Positions 47,909-58,544 of a DNA stretch of 64,000 nucleotides are shown here, in pieces. A program made the translations under genes and the position numbers. The notes below the pieces were generated by a model, which made no database searches, was not told where the DNA came from, and worked only from the letters and a program-made list of their open reading frames with translations. The DNA lies in the NCBI GenBank assembly GCA_021734995.1, contig JAIPHX010000003.1, positions 11,969-75,968 of the forward strand, in the 5' to 3' direction. The stretch comes from Minisyncoccota bacterium (GTDB taxonomy: Bacteria > Patescibacteriota > Minisyncoccia > Phycocordibacterales > UBA9973). The first letter of the stretch is position 1. Every line of letters starts with the position of its first letter.

Positions 47909-48481
47909 ATGTTCAAATATTTACTAGCTACTGTTTTACTTTCTTTGGTATCAGTGCCAGGATTTGTAGAATGGAATGGTAAAGATCCCTATCCCGCAGT
48001 GGATTGGAGTGGAGCAGTACCAGAACTCTATGATCTCGTGATTGATTTTGAAAAAAAATGGGGAGAACCTCTTGTTGTTTTGCAAGTCTATAGACCATCT
48101 GAATATGGAGCACATTTGCGTTCTGTGTGGGAACTATGGAGGCATATGAATGGACAATCTTTTACAGAAGGATATAAATGTGAAGAATACAATCATATAG
48201 ACATTTCCAAAATAAAATCTTTTTCATATTTAGAAAAAAAGATAATTGAAAGTGAAGCAAAGAAGCATGCCTTTTGGAATGGGGGTACTCCACCTGCGTG
48301 TCAGTCTGATCACGCTTTGGGTATTGCTGTAGATATAGTGCCACCAATCAATACAAAGATTTACAAAAGATGGATAGAAGCAGGTGCTTCTGTGGGACTT
48401 TGTCATTATATTGCAGGAGATAAGCCACACTGGGCTATTGCTTCATATTTACCAAAAGGGACAAATTGCAAAGCTCTTTGA
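47909..48481 (+). CDS. Secreted M15-family (VanY/D,D-peptidase-like) metallopeptidase
   Basis: Signal peptide; YR, SDH..G.AVD, DKPHW motifs. Confidence 0.75.
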   Translation: MFKYLLATVLLSLVSVPGFVEWNGKDPYPAVDWSGAVPELYDLVIDFEKKWGEPLVVLQVYRPSEYGAHLRSVWELWRHMNGQSFTEGYKCEEYNHIDISKIKSFSYLEKKIIESEAKKHAFWNGGTPPACQSDHALGIAVDIVPPINTKIYKRWIEAGASVGLCHYIAGDKPHWAIASYLPKGTNCKAL

Positions 48482-48577
48482 TTTTTATGTGGATATCTAG
48501 TTGTTATTTATATTTACTATAATATTCATTTATTCAAATAATTATTTTTTAATAAATTATAAATAAAACATTTTACC

Positions 48578-48608
48578 TAAAACACCCTTCTAAACAAAGG
48601 GTGTTTTA
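48578..48608. terminator. Intrinsic terminator
   Basis: taaaacaccctt/aagggtgtttta stem. Confidence 0.7.
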
Positions 48609-48622
48609 ATATTGGGTTTTGC

Positions 48623-48706
48623 TTGACTTTGCTAGAATGATGATATATACTCCTAGGGCAAGACGTCAATGTAATTGGCGTTTTTGTTTAAGTGATTCTT
48701 TGACAA
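48623..48706 (+). promoter_or_regulatory. rRNA promoter and boxA-like element
   Basis: TTGACT-17-TATACT at 48623-48651; tgattctttgacaa at 48693-48706. Confidence 0.7.
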
Positions 48707-48894
48707 TTCAAGTTGAATAAAAAAATTGAGAACCCCGATTTTTCAATCGGGAGCAAGTCTCATATATTTCGTAAATAATTTTTAGAGAGCAAAGTTCAAA
48801 TTTCTTAAAACACAAACGCAAACCAAACATGCTATTTTTTGTTTTGTTTCGTTCTAGTTTTATTCGTGATTTTTCGCAAATAAAACAAATAACT

Positions 48895-50472
<1,578 letters not shown>

Positions 50473-50671
50473 TGAAACTCTCTAGATTTATCTAGATTAT
50501 AGAGTCGATATTATGTCGCTCAATTGACGACATAATGCCTTTTGTAAGGGCTAATTACAAGGACTATTATTCTAGTCTTTAAAAGAATATGACACATTGG
50601 AAAGACTTGAAGTTATACGTCGCAAGACGGAGAACGAAACAAAACAAAGGATAGCATTTCTTTGTTTTAAG

Positions 50672-50702
50672 AAAAACACCTCGCACAAGCGGGGTGTTTT
50701 TT
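50672..50702 (+). terminator. Terminator closing the 16S-only transcription unit
   Basis: aaaaacacctcgc-acaa-gcggggtgttttt. Confidence 0.8.
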
Positions 50703-50717
50703 GTTATAATATACACA

Positions 50718-51665
50718 ATGGAAAAAATTAGAGTTGGAGTGATTAGAGGAGGGGAACATGACTATGAAGATTCTTTACAAAAAGGAGGAAAGCTTCTTTC
50801 TGTTTTGTCTGATAATCTTTATGACAAATGGAAACCTCTAGATATATTTATAGATAAAAAAGGTGTATGGCATTTGTATGGTATTCCTGTATTACCATCT
50901 GAATTAAAAGATAAGATAGATATATTTTGGAATACTTCTCACCCTGCTTTTTCTTCTGTACTTGAAAGTTCTGGAGTTTCTTCTCCTATCATTGGTCATA
51001 GTTCTTTTTCTCATGCTGTTTCAGAAAATAGAAGAATGTTTGAGCAACACCTAAAAACAAATAGTATTAATGTACAAAAATCCTTTATTATACCTGCTTA
51101 CAAAAAAGAATTAGATGGTCCTATTGAAGAGTGTTCATTAAACAGAGCTAAAGAAACACATCTAAAGTTTGCTCCACCTTGGATTGTAAAAGTTTTTCCT
51201 TCTGGGGTGATGAGTGGTCACCGTGTGGCAAAGAATTTTAACGAATTAATAAATTTAATTTATGAAGGACTTCAGACAGGAGAGAGTCTATTGGTTCAAG
51301 AATTTATGACTGGCAAAAATATACAAGTACATTCTGTCAAAGGTTTTAGAGGGCAAGATATATATATGTTTCCAAATGCCTCATTGCATAAAGATGAAAA
51401 AGAAAAGATTGTTTCTTTGGTAAAAGATTTACACAAACATTTGGATACAGATCATTATTTACATTCAGAGTTTGTTGTTACTCCTCGCAAAAGAGTATAT
51501 ATATCTGGGTTCTCTGTTTTCCCAATTTTAGAAGAAGAATCCAGCTTTCATAAAGCTTGTGTATCTGTTGGGGCAAAAATGCATGATGTTTTAAAACATA
51601 TAATGGAACATAAACTCGAAAAGCATCATGATTTGGAAAGACGTTTTCAACAGGAAGTTTTTTGA
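50718..51665 (+). CDS. Divergent D-Ala-D-Ala ligase-like ATP-grasp protein
   Basis: IRVGVIRGG..E...SL..G, DIFIDK.G.W, PWIVK, LVQEF..G; canonical E.N..PG motif missing. Confidence 0.7.
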   Translation: MEKIRVGVIRGGEHDYEDSLQKGGKLLSVLSDNLYDKWKPLDIFIDKKGVWHLYGIPVLPSELKDKIDIFWNTSHPAFSSVLESSGVSSPIIGHSSFSHAVSENRRMFEQHLKTNSINVQKSFIIPAYKKELDGPIEECSLNRAKETHLKFAPPWIVKVFPSGVMSGHRVAKNFNELINLIYEGLQTGESLLVQEFMTGKNIQVHSVKGFRGQDIYMFPNASLHKDEKEKIVSLVKDLHKHLDTDHYLHSEFVVTPRKRVYISGFSVFPILEEESSFHKACVSVGAKMHDVLKHIMEHKLEKHHDLERRFQQEVF

Positions 51666-51752
51666 TATAATAAAAGTGTAGTATAATATTACAAGGTCGT
51701 CTTATTAAGGAATAAAAGAAAAATATCATGTCCTTAGGAGGTCACTAAAAAT

Positions 51753-51778
51753 AAAAAGACAGCGTTAGCTGTCTTTTT
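51753..51778. terminator. Intrinsic terminator
   Basis: aaaaagacagc-gtta-gctgtcttttt. Confidence 0.75.
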
Positions 51779-51789
51779 ATTTTAAATAT

Positions 51790-52965
51790 ATGTCTGAAAA
51801 AAATAAATTAAAATGTGAGTATTGTGGAGATGCATATGTAAACCATGGTTTTGTTTTGTTTGGAGGATATTTATCTGCTCTCATTGATCCAATGTTTCAA
51901 AAAATGAATAAGCTTTTACCGGATTGTATGATTCGTTTTGTGGATATATTCTTGAAGTTTCTTTTTAATATACATTTATTTTTAAGAGTGATTAAACTCT
52001 CAGAGAATGTAGAAAAAGCCAATACCCTTCGTTCTAAGGTTATTTGGGAGGAAGCAATCAAAAGAGGTATAAAAATGTCTCAAGTTGTATTTATGGGCAT
52101 CTATACAGATAATTATAGAGCAAAAATAAATGGGGAATATGTTTATTTTGATAGTTTGCCAATACCAGATAGTATGAATACTTTGAGAAAAAATTGGGAT
52201 AATAAATATTATTTTAAAAAACATTTCATGACTCAAGATTTGCCAGTCCCAAAATATTTTAAAGTTTCTCTTTTTAAAAATAAAAGAAAGCAACTTTTTG
52301 ATAAAATAGACAAACCTTTTATTGTAAAACCCCAAGAAGGATCAAGAGGAAGACATACTACTACTCATATATATAATATTGAAGATTTTGAAAAAGCATA
52401 CAAGATTGCTAGACAACTTTCTCCTGCAATAGTAATGGAAGAGCAACTTATGGGATACGTGTGTAGAGCTACCTGTGTGAATGGTAAACTTGCTGGTTTC
52501 TACCGAGCTGAACCTGCTTCTGTGATAGGTGATGGTATTCATACAATAGAAGAACTAGTGGTTTTAAAAAATGAGAACAAACCAGAAAGAGTATCTGCTG
52601 TAGAAATAAACACAGAGATAAAAGAACACATAGGAAGACTCGGTCTTAAGATTGATGATGTTTTGCCTAAAGATAAAAAAATATTTTTGTCTTACCGTAT
52701 TGGTAGATTGTTTGGTGGTGTCACTAGAGAAATGCTAGATGAGTTACATCCTTCCTTTGTCCCTGTGTTGGAAAAAGCATCACAGTTTACCAAACTTCCT
52801 GTAGTAGGACTTGATTGTATCATTATAGATCCTGAATCTGATGAAAAAACTCAAAAATGGGGGATCATAGAATGCAACACTTTACCTTTTATTGACTTAC
52901 ATTATTTTGCTTTATTTGGGAAGCCAAAAAATATCGCAGGGATGGTATGGGATCTGTGGAAATAG
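51790..52965 (+). CDS. ATP-grasp ligase (cyanophycin synthetase/GshF C-terminal-like)
   Basis: IVKP..GSRG, PASVIGDG.HTI.EL, GLD.I, IECNTLP. Confidence 0.82.
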   Translation: MSEKNKLKCEYCGDAYVNHGFVLFGGYLSALIDPMFQKMNKLLPDCMIRFVDIFLKFLFNIHLFLRVIKLSENVEKANTLRSKVIWEEAIKRGIKMSQVVFMGIYTDNYRAKINGEYVYFDSLPIPDSMNTLRKNWDNKYYFKKHFMTQDLPVPKYFKVSLFKNKRKQLFDKIDKPFIVKPQEGSRGRHTTTHIYNIEDFEKAYKIARQLSPAIVMEEQLMGYVCRATCVNGKLAGFYRAEPASVIGDGIHTIEELVVLKNENKPERVSAVEINTEIKEHIGRLGLKIDDVLPKDKKIFLSYRIGRLFGGVTREMLDELHPSFVPVLEKASQFTKLPVVGLDCIIIDPESDEKTQKWGIIECNTLPFIDLHYFALFGKPKNIAGMVWDLWK

Positions 52966-53001
52966 CATTTTAAAAGCCTTATGTTATAATATATATAAAT
53001 G

Positions 53002-53119
53002 AATTGTTTTTTCCTGTAGCGAGTGGTCGCACTCACATAGGCACATATGTTGGAGTTTCGCCATCACTCGCTTCAAGTGAAAATAATTTTGTAAAAAAAC
53101 CGCTCTGTGCGGTTTTTTT
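53002..53119 (+). ncRNA. Candidate rod-shaped small RNA with terminator
   Basis: TATAAT 52985-52990; long hairpin (agcgagtg/cactcgct core); terminator aaaaaaaccgc/gcggttttttt 53093-53119. Confidence 0.55.
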
Positions 53120-53426
53120 TATTGATTTTGTGCGCAAAAAATTTATATTTGTAATTTTTTTTAAATCTAAAAATATTTTTAACAAATTTTATTCTTTTTT
53201 ATATAATTTTCATTTGTAAATTAAAAAAATATTTTTTTTGAAATTAATTTTTTTAAAAGTTATCCACAGATTTTTCAAAAAAGTATTGTATTTGTTTTCA
53301 ATATGCGAGATAATTAAATTGTCCTTAGCAATAATTTTTCAAAAATATTTTCTTGAATTAAAAAAATATTTTCGGGTCGAAATTATTGCAGACTAAATTA
53401 AAAATTTAATTTTTAAAAAAAATATT

Positions 53427-53507
53427 ATGGCAGCAAAAAAGAAAGCTTCAAAAGCAAAAAAGACAACAAAGAAAGTTGCAAAGAAGACAGCTAAGAAAAG
53501 AGCATAG
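53427..53507 (+). CDS. 26-aa Lys/Ala-rich histone H1-like microprotein
   Basis: MAAKKKASKAKKTTKKVAKKTAKKRA*; followed by terminator hairpin ~53533-53572. Confidence 0.75.
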   Translation: MAAKKKASKAKKTTKKVAKKTAKKRA

Positions 53508-53596
53508 TCTTTGTTCAATCTTTGACAAAACTAAAAACTTTCGGTACACCTTTGGTGAATCGGAAGTTTTTTGTTTTTATGGTAGAATCATATGGT

Positions 53597-56101
53597 ATGG
53601 GAATTTTCAATAACATGTTTGGTAATGCGAGCTCTAGATTTTTGAGCCAAGCAAAGCCTATATTAGAAAAGGTTAATCTTTTAGAAAAAGACTTTTTAGA
53701 ATTGCCTGATGAAGATTTTACTAAAAAGACCTTAGAATTTAAAGATAGATTACAAAAAGGAGAGACTTTGGAAGATATATTGCCAGAAGCTTTTGCTTTG
53801 GTTCGTGAGGCTTCAAAGAGACAACTCGGCGAGAGGCATTATGATGTACAGATTTTGGGAGGTATTGCTTTGCATCAAGGGAATATTTCAGAAATGAAAA
53901 CAGGTGAAGGAAAGACTCTAGTAGCTACTTTGCCTGCCTATCTTAATGCACTTTCTGGTAAAGGAGTACACATCATCACTGTAAACGATTACTTGGCTCG
54001 TAGAGATGCTGTACTTATGGGACAGATTTATAATTTCCTTGGTCTTTCTGTGGGAGTAATAAATTCTCAAAATGTTTCTTATATGTATGATCCAAAACAC
54101 ACAGACGCAGATGAAAAAAGAGACGAAGTTGGAGAATTTAAAATTATCTATGAATTTTTAAAGCAAGCATCTAGAAGAGAAGCATATTCCGCTGATATTA
54201 CTTATGGAACCAATCATGAGTATGGTTTTGATTATCTAAGAGACAACCTAGCTACTTCTTTAGATGGGATTACTCAAAGAGAACACAATTTTGCGATTGT
54301 GGATGAGGTAGACTCTATTCTTATAGATGAAGCTCGTACTCCTTTGATTATTTCTTCTCAAGGAAATGAATCTGAAGATTTTTACATAAAGTTTTACCAA
54401 ATTGCACGACAGCTAAAAAAAGAGACTGATTATAAAGTAGATGAAAAGCTAAAAGCTATTTCTCTTACTGATGAGGGTATTAATAAAGCTGAAGGTTTGT
54501 TGGGAATTGAAAATATTTATACAGAAAAAGGGATAAAATACGTACACCACCTAGAAACTGCTGTAAAAGCACAAGCTCTTTTTGAACGAGACAAAGACTA
54601 TGTAGTAAAAGAAGGGGAAGTCATAATAGTAGACCCATTTACTGGTAGATTACAACCTGGACGAAGATGGTCAGAGGGCATTCACCAAGCCATTGAAGCA
54701 AAAGAAGGAGTAAAAATTGAAAAAGAAAGTAGAACATCTGGTTCTATTACTTTTCAAAATTATTTTAAATTTTATAAAAAATTATCAGGTATGACAGGTA
54801 CAGCCGAGACTTCTGCTGAAGAATTTTTGAAAGTTTACGGATTGGAAGTAATAGTTATTCCTACCAATCGCCCAATGGTTCGTTTGGACAGATCTGATCT
54901 TATTTATCAGACTGAAAAAGGAAAATTCCAAGCTATTGCCAAAAAAGTAAAAGATATAAATCAAAAAGGGCAACCTGTCCTTATCGGTACTATTTCTATT
55001 GAAAAAAACGAGCTTCTGTCTACATATTTAAAACAAGAAGGAGTGCCACATACTATTTTGAATGCAAAGAATCATGAAAAAGAAGGAGAGATTATCGCAC
55101 AAGCTGGTAAAAAAGGAGCCGTGACGATAGCTACAAATATGGCGGGTCGTGGTATCGATATTAAGCTTGGCGGAAACCCACACACTGAAAAAGATTATGA
55201 AGAAGTGAAAAATCTAGGTGGACTTTTTGTGCTTGGAACAGAGCGCCATGAAGCTAGGCGTATAGACAATCAGCTTCGTGGAAGATCTGGAAGACAAGGA
55301 GATCCAGGAGAAACTCAATTTTTTGTTTCTTTAGAAGATGATTTGATGCGTATTTTTGGATCTGAAAAAATACAGGCGATGATGGGAAGATTTGGTATTC
55401 CTGAAGATGTACCTATTGAGAATTCTTTTATTGGCAGACAGCTTGAGGGGGCTCAAGCAAAAATAGAGGGCTTCCATTTTGATTCACGTAAGCATACTTT
55501 AGAATATGATAACGTGATGACTCATCAGAGAAATATTATATATAACAGAAGAAAGAAAATGCTTATGGCCGATAGAGATGGGATAGAAGAATTACTGGAA
55601 AGTATAAAAAATACTAGAGAAGATTCAGAAAAGATTATTCAAGAAAAAAGAGAAAAAGCAGGGGAAGAAGCATTTTTTGAGACAGTTCGTAGAATTGCTC
55701 TTTATACTACCGATACTCTATGGATGGAGCATTTAGAAGCAATGGATTATTTACGAAGTTCTGTAAATTTGCGTGCTTATGGACAAAGAGAGCCAATTGT
55801 AGAATACAAGAAAGAAGGACTAAGCATGTTTAAAGAAATGGAAGAAGTATTCAAAGATCAAGTGCTTTCTTTGATTGAGAGCATGGATACAGAGAGTTTA
55901 AATGTATCAAAAGAAGAAAATCCTAGTAATACAATAGTCCTTACAAGTCATAGTGAGCCGGTTGAGTTTTCTGACTTAGACAAAACCACCCAGATATCAG
56001 GTAGTTCAAATCCTACAGCAAATAATTCAAAAGATTTAGGAAGAAATGACCCTTGCTGGTGTGGTTCTGAAAAAAAGTTTAAAAAGTGTCATGGAAAGTA
56101 A
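53597..56101 (+). CDS. secA: Preprotein translocase ATPase SecA
   Basis: MKTGEGKT, TVNDYLA, VDEVDSILIDEART, ATNMAGRG, QLRGRSGRQGDPG, C-terminal SEC-C motif; likely start MGIF. Confidence 0.98.
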   Translation: MGIFNNMFGNASSRFLSQAKPILEKVNLLEKDFLELPDEDFTKKTLEFKDRLQKGETLEDILPEAFALVREASKRQLGERHYDVQILGGIALHQGNISEMKTGEGKTLVATLPAYLNALSGKGVHIITVNDYLARRDAVLMGQIYNFLGLSVGVINSQNVSYMYDPKHTDADEKRDEVGEFKIIYEFLKQASRREAYSADITYGTNHEYGFDYLRDNLATSLDGITQREHNFAIVDEVDSILIDEARTPLIISSQGNESEDFYIKFYQIARQLKKETDYKVDEKLKAISLTDEGINKAEGLLGIENIYTEKGIKYVHHLETAVKAQALFERDKDYVVKEGEVIIVDPFTGRLQPGRRWSEGIHQAIEAKEGVKIEKESRTSGSITFQNYFKFYKKLSGMTGTAETSAEEFLKVYGLEVIVIPTNRPMVRLDRSDLIYQTEKGKFQAIAKKVKDINQKGQPVLIGTISIEKNELLSTYLKQEGVPHTILNAKNHEKEGEIIAQAGKKGAVTIATNMAGRGIDIKLGGNPHTEKDYEEVKNLGGLFVLGTERHEARRIDNQLRGRSGRQGDPGETQFFVSLEDDLMRIFGSEKIQAMMGRFGIPEDVPIENSFIGRQLEGAQAKIEGFHFDSRKHTLEYDNVMTHQRNIIYNRRKKMLMADRDGIEELLESIKNTREDSEKIIQEKREKAGEEAFFETVRRIALYTTDTLWMEHLEAMDYLRSSVNLRAYGQREPIVEYKKEGLSMFKEMEEVFKDQVLSLIESMDTESLNVSKEENPSNTIVLTSHSEPVEFSDLDKTTQISGSSNPTANNSKDLGRNDPCWCGSEKKFKKCHGK

Positions 56102-56157
56102 AAATATAATAGATTTTTATATTTGTTTCTGTGATTGTTTGTTGGTATAATTTGCTT

Positions 56158-56895
56158 ATGAGTTATTCATATTATGTTGTAAAAAACCACGATATATTAT
56201 TGGACAGTAAGGATAAACCTTACTATTTAAAAGTGCGTGATTTGCCCGAAGAAGAAAAACCAAGAGAAAAATTGTTGAAACATGGTCCTACAGCTTTATC
56301 TATCTCTGAGTTGCTTGCGGTCATTTTAAATACAGGTACAAAAAAAGAAGGTCTTTTGGAAATGTCCCATAGAATAATTAAAAATTACGGAGAAGGTGGG
56401 ATTATGAGTGAAAAAAGTCCAAAAAATATGGCAGAAAATTTAGACATACCACTAGGTAAAGCTACTCAAATAGTAGCCTGTGCAGAGCTGGGCAGAAGAT
56501 TTTTTCAAAAGAATGAATCTACTTTACCAGTAGTTAGGACGGCTCGAGAAGTATATGAGTATGTACAAGACATGCACCATCTTTCCAAAGAGCATTTAAG
56601 AGGTATTTATCTTAATGCACATTACAAAGTGATACACGATGAAGTCATATCTATCGGGACAGTAGATGGAAGTATTATTCATCCAAGAGAAGTGTTTAAG
56701 CCAGCTATTGAGCGTTCTGCTGTAGCTTTGATTTTGGTGCACAACCATCCCTCAGGAGAGACTACTCCATCAGAAGCTGACATTGCAGTGACCAAGCAAC
56801 TCGTAGAAGCAGGGAAGCTTCTTGGTGTAGATTTGATAGATCACATAATAGTGACCAAAAATGCTTTTGCTAGTATTTCAGCAAATTATCAATAA
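56158..56895 (+). CDS. radC: RadC/UPF0758 JAB-domain protein
   Basis: PREKL, ELLA.IL.TG, HPREVF, HNHPSG..PS..D, DHII. Confidence 0.95.
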   Translation: MSYSYYVVKNHDILLDSKDKPYYLKVRDLPEEEKPREKLLKHGPTALSISELLAVILNTGTKKEGLLEMSHRIIKNYGEGGIMSEKSPKNMAENLDIPLGKATQIVACAELGRRFFQKNESTLPVVRTAREVYEYVQDMHHLSKEHLRGIYLNAHYKVIHDEVISIGTVDGSIIHPREVFKPAIERSAVALILVHNHPSGETTPSEADIAVTKQLVEAGKLLGVDLIDHIIVTKNAFASISANYQ

Positions 56896-56905
56896 AAAAG
56901 CTAAA

Positions 56906-57196
56906 ATGGTTACTAAAGAATTAAAACAATACAAAATTATTTTTCCAAAATATTGGTGGGTAGAAGATAGATCAAAAGAAAAATATAAATCTACAAGGGA
57001 AGAAAACCTTCTTTTTCATGTATCTCAAAATGATTATTTTGGTACTTTGGCAACTGTTTTGCAATTGGTCCAAGAGGATCTTCCAGAAGTGACTCAAAAA
57101 TCAAAATATCATAAAATGATTTTAAAAAATTCCACAAAAGATTTAATGTTTTTGCAAAAAAATTACAAGATTTCACCTAAAAACTTTAAAGAATAA
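56906..57196 (+). CDS. Hypothetical protein
   Basis: ORF between radC and murE (FH...DYFGTLAT.L motif). Confidence 0.6.
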   Translation: MVTKELKQYKIIFPKYWWVEDRSKEKYKSTREENLLFHVSQNDYFGTLATVLQLVQEDLPEVTQKSKYHKMILKNSTKDLMFLQKNYKISPKNFKE

Positions 57197-57244
57197 ACAT
57201 GGAGGTTTAGATATATTGGAAATAATTATTTAAATACATATACG

Positions 57245-58492
57245 ATGAAAAATATTTTTAAAAATTTAAAATTAAAAAGAAGAGGAATTACTTGGCTTGC
57301 TAGGATGGGTTTTCTGGGAAATGCTTCTTCAAAAATGAAAATCATTGGAGTTACTGGCACTAATGGAAAGACTACTGTGACTACTTTGTTGTATAAAGTT
57401 GCTACAGAGCTTGGATGCAAAGCAGGGCTTGTTGGTACAGTAGAAAATATTATCGCAGGAGAAAGATTTTCAGCTACTCATACTACTCCTGATCCTGTAT
57501 CATTGCATAAGCTTTTAAGTGAAATGGAACAGAAAGGTTGCCAATACGTCTTTATGGAGGTTTCTTCTCATGCCTTAGATCAAAGTCGCACTGCGGGAGT
57601 GCGTTTTTCTGGAGCTGTATTTACCAATCTTACGCATGACCATTTGGATTATCATGGTAATTTTGAAGATTATTTTAAAGCAAAACGAAAGCTCTTTGAT
57701 GGCTTATCTCAAGAAGCTTTTGCTCTTTCTAATACTGATAATGAATGGGGAGAAAAGATTTTGGAAAAAACTAAAGCACGCAAATTTTTATATGGTTTTA
57801 AAAAGAGAGCAGATTTTTTTGCTAACTTAGAAAAAAGTAATTTTGAAGGGACTGAATTGGAAATAAATGGAGATACTCTTAAATCAAAATTACTTGGTGA
57901 ATTTAATGCGTACAATATGCTAGCGGTGTGGAGTGTGTGTGAATTGCTTGGATTTTGTGAAGGTGAATCAAAACAAAAAGTCCTAGAAGCTTTTGAAAAG
58001 ATTACTCCACCAACAGGTAGATTTGACCATTTTTCTGCTCCAAATGGCGCTTTGGTGATAGTAGACTATGCACATACTCCAGATGCTCTAGAGAAGGTCA
58101 TAACGACTGCTAGAGGGATAAAATTAGAGGAAGGGAGAATTATCTCTGTATTTGGTTGTGGAGGAGACAGGGATCCAATGAAAAGGCCTGTGATGGGGGA
58201 AGTGGGATCTACTCTTTCTGATATTGCTATTTTTACTTCAGATAATCCTAGAAGTGAGAACCCAGAAAAAATAATTGAAGATATGAAAAATGGTTTGTCT
58301 GAAGATTTACTAAAAAAAGTTGTCACTATGCCTGACCGTAGAAAAGCTATACAAGAAAGTGTCCGTCTTTCCACCGCAGGAGATATTATTTTGTGTGCCG
58401 GAAAAGGACACGAGACATATCAAGAGATCAATGGTGTCAAAAATCACTTTGATGATTTTGAAGAATTTAGAAAGATTTTTGAAGGAAAATAA
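57245..58492 (+). CDS. murE: UDP-MurNAc-tripeptide synthetase (short, lacks N-terminal domain)
   Basis: GVTGTNGKTT, TTPD, MEVSSH, DHLDYH, DYAHTPD, DNPR (mDAP type), GKGHE. Confidence 0.95.
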   Translation: MKNIFKNLKLKRRGITWLARMGFLGNASSKMKIIGVTGTNGKTTVTTLLYKVATELGCKAGLVGTVENIIAGERFSATHTTPDPVSLHKLLSEMEQKGCQYVFMEVSSHALDQSRTAGVRFSGAVFTNLTHDHLDYHGNFEDYFKAKRKLFDGLSQEAFALSNTDNEWGEKILEKTKARKFLYGFKKRADFFANLEKSNFEGTELEINGDTLKSKLLGEFNAYNMLAVWSVCELLGFCEGESKQKVLEAFEKITPPTGRFDHFSAPNGALVIVDYAHTPDALEKVITTARGIKLEEGRIISVFGCGGDRDPMKRPVMGEVGSTLSDIAIFTSDNPRSENPEKIIEDMKNGLSEDLLKKVVTMPDRRKAIQESVRLSTAGDIILCAGKGHETYQEINGVKNHFDDFEEFRKIFEGK

Positions 58493-58544
58493 TTTTCTTA
58501 GAGATGATTTTTCTGAAAGCTTCTTTGGGGTAATATATCTAAAC

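Noticed and set aside
53004-53219. 71-aa ORF
   Set aside because: Runs through an RNA hairpin, a terminator and a low-complexity AT tract; unlikely to be coding
53120-53420. Replication origin (AT-rich tract with TTATCCACA at 53260-53268)
   Set aside because: Only one perfect DnaA box seen and no dnaA/dnaN nearby
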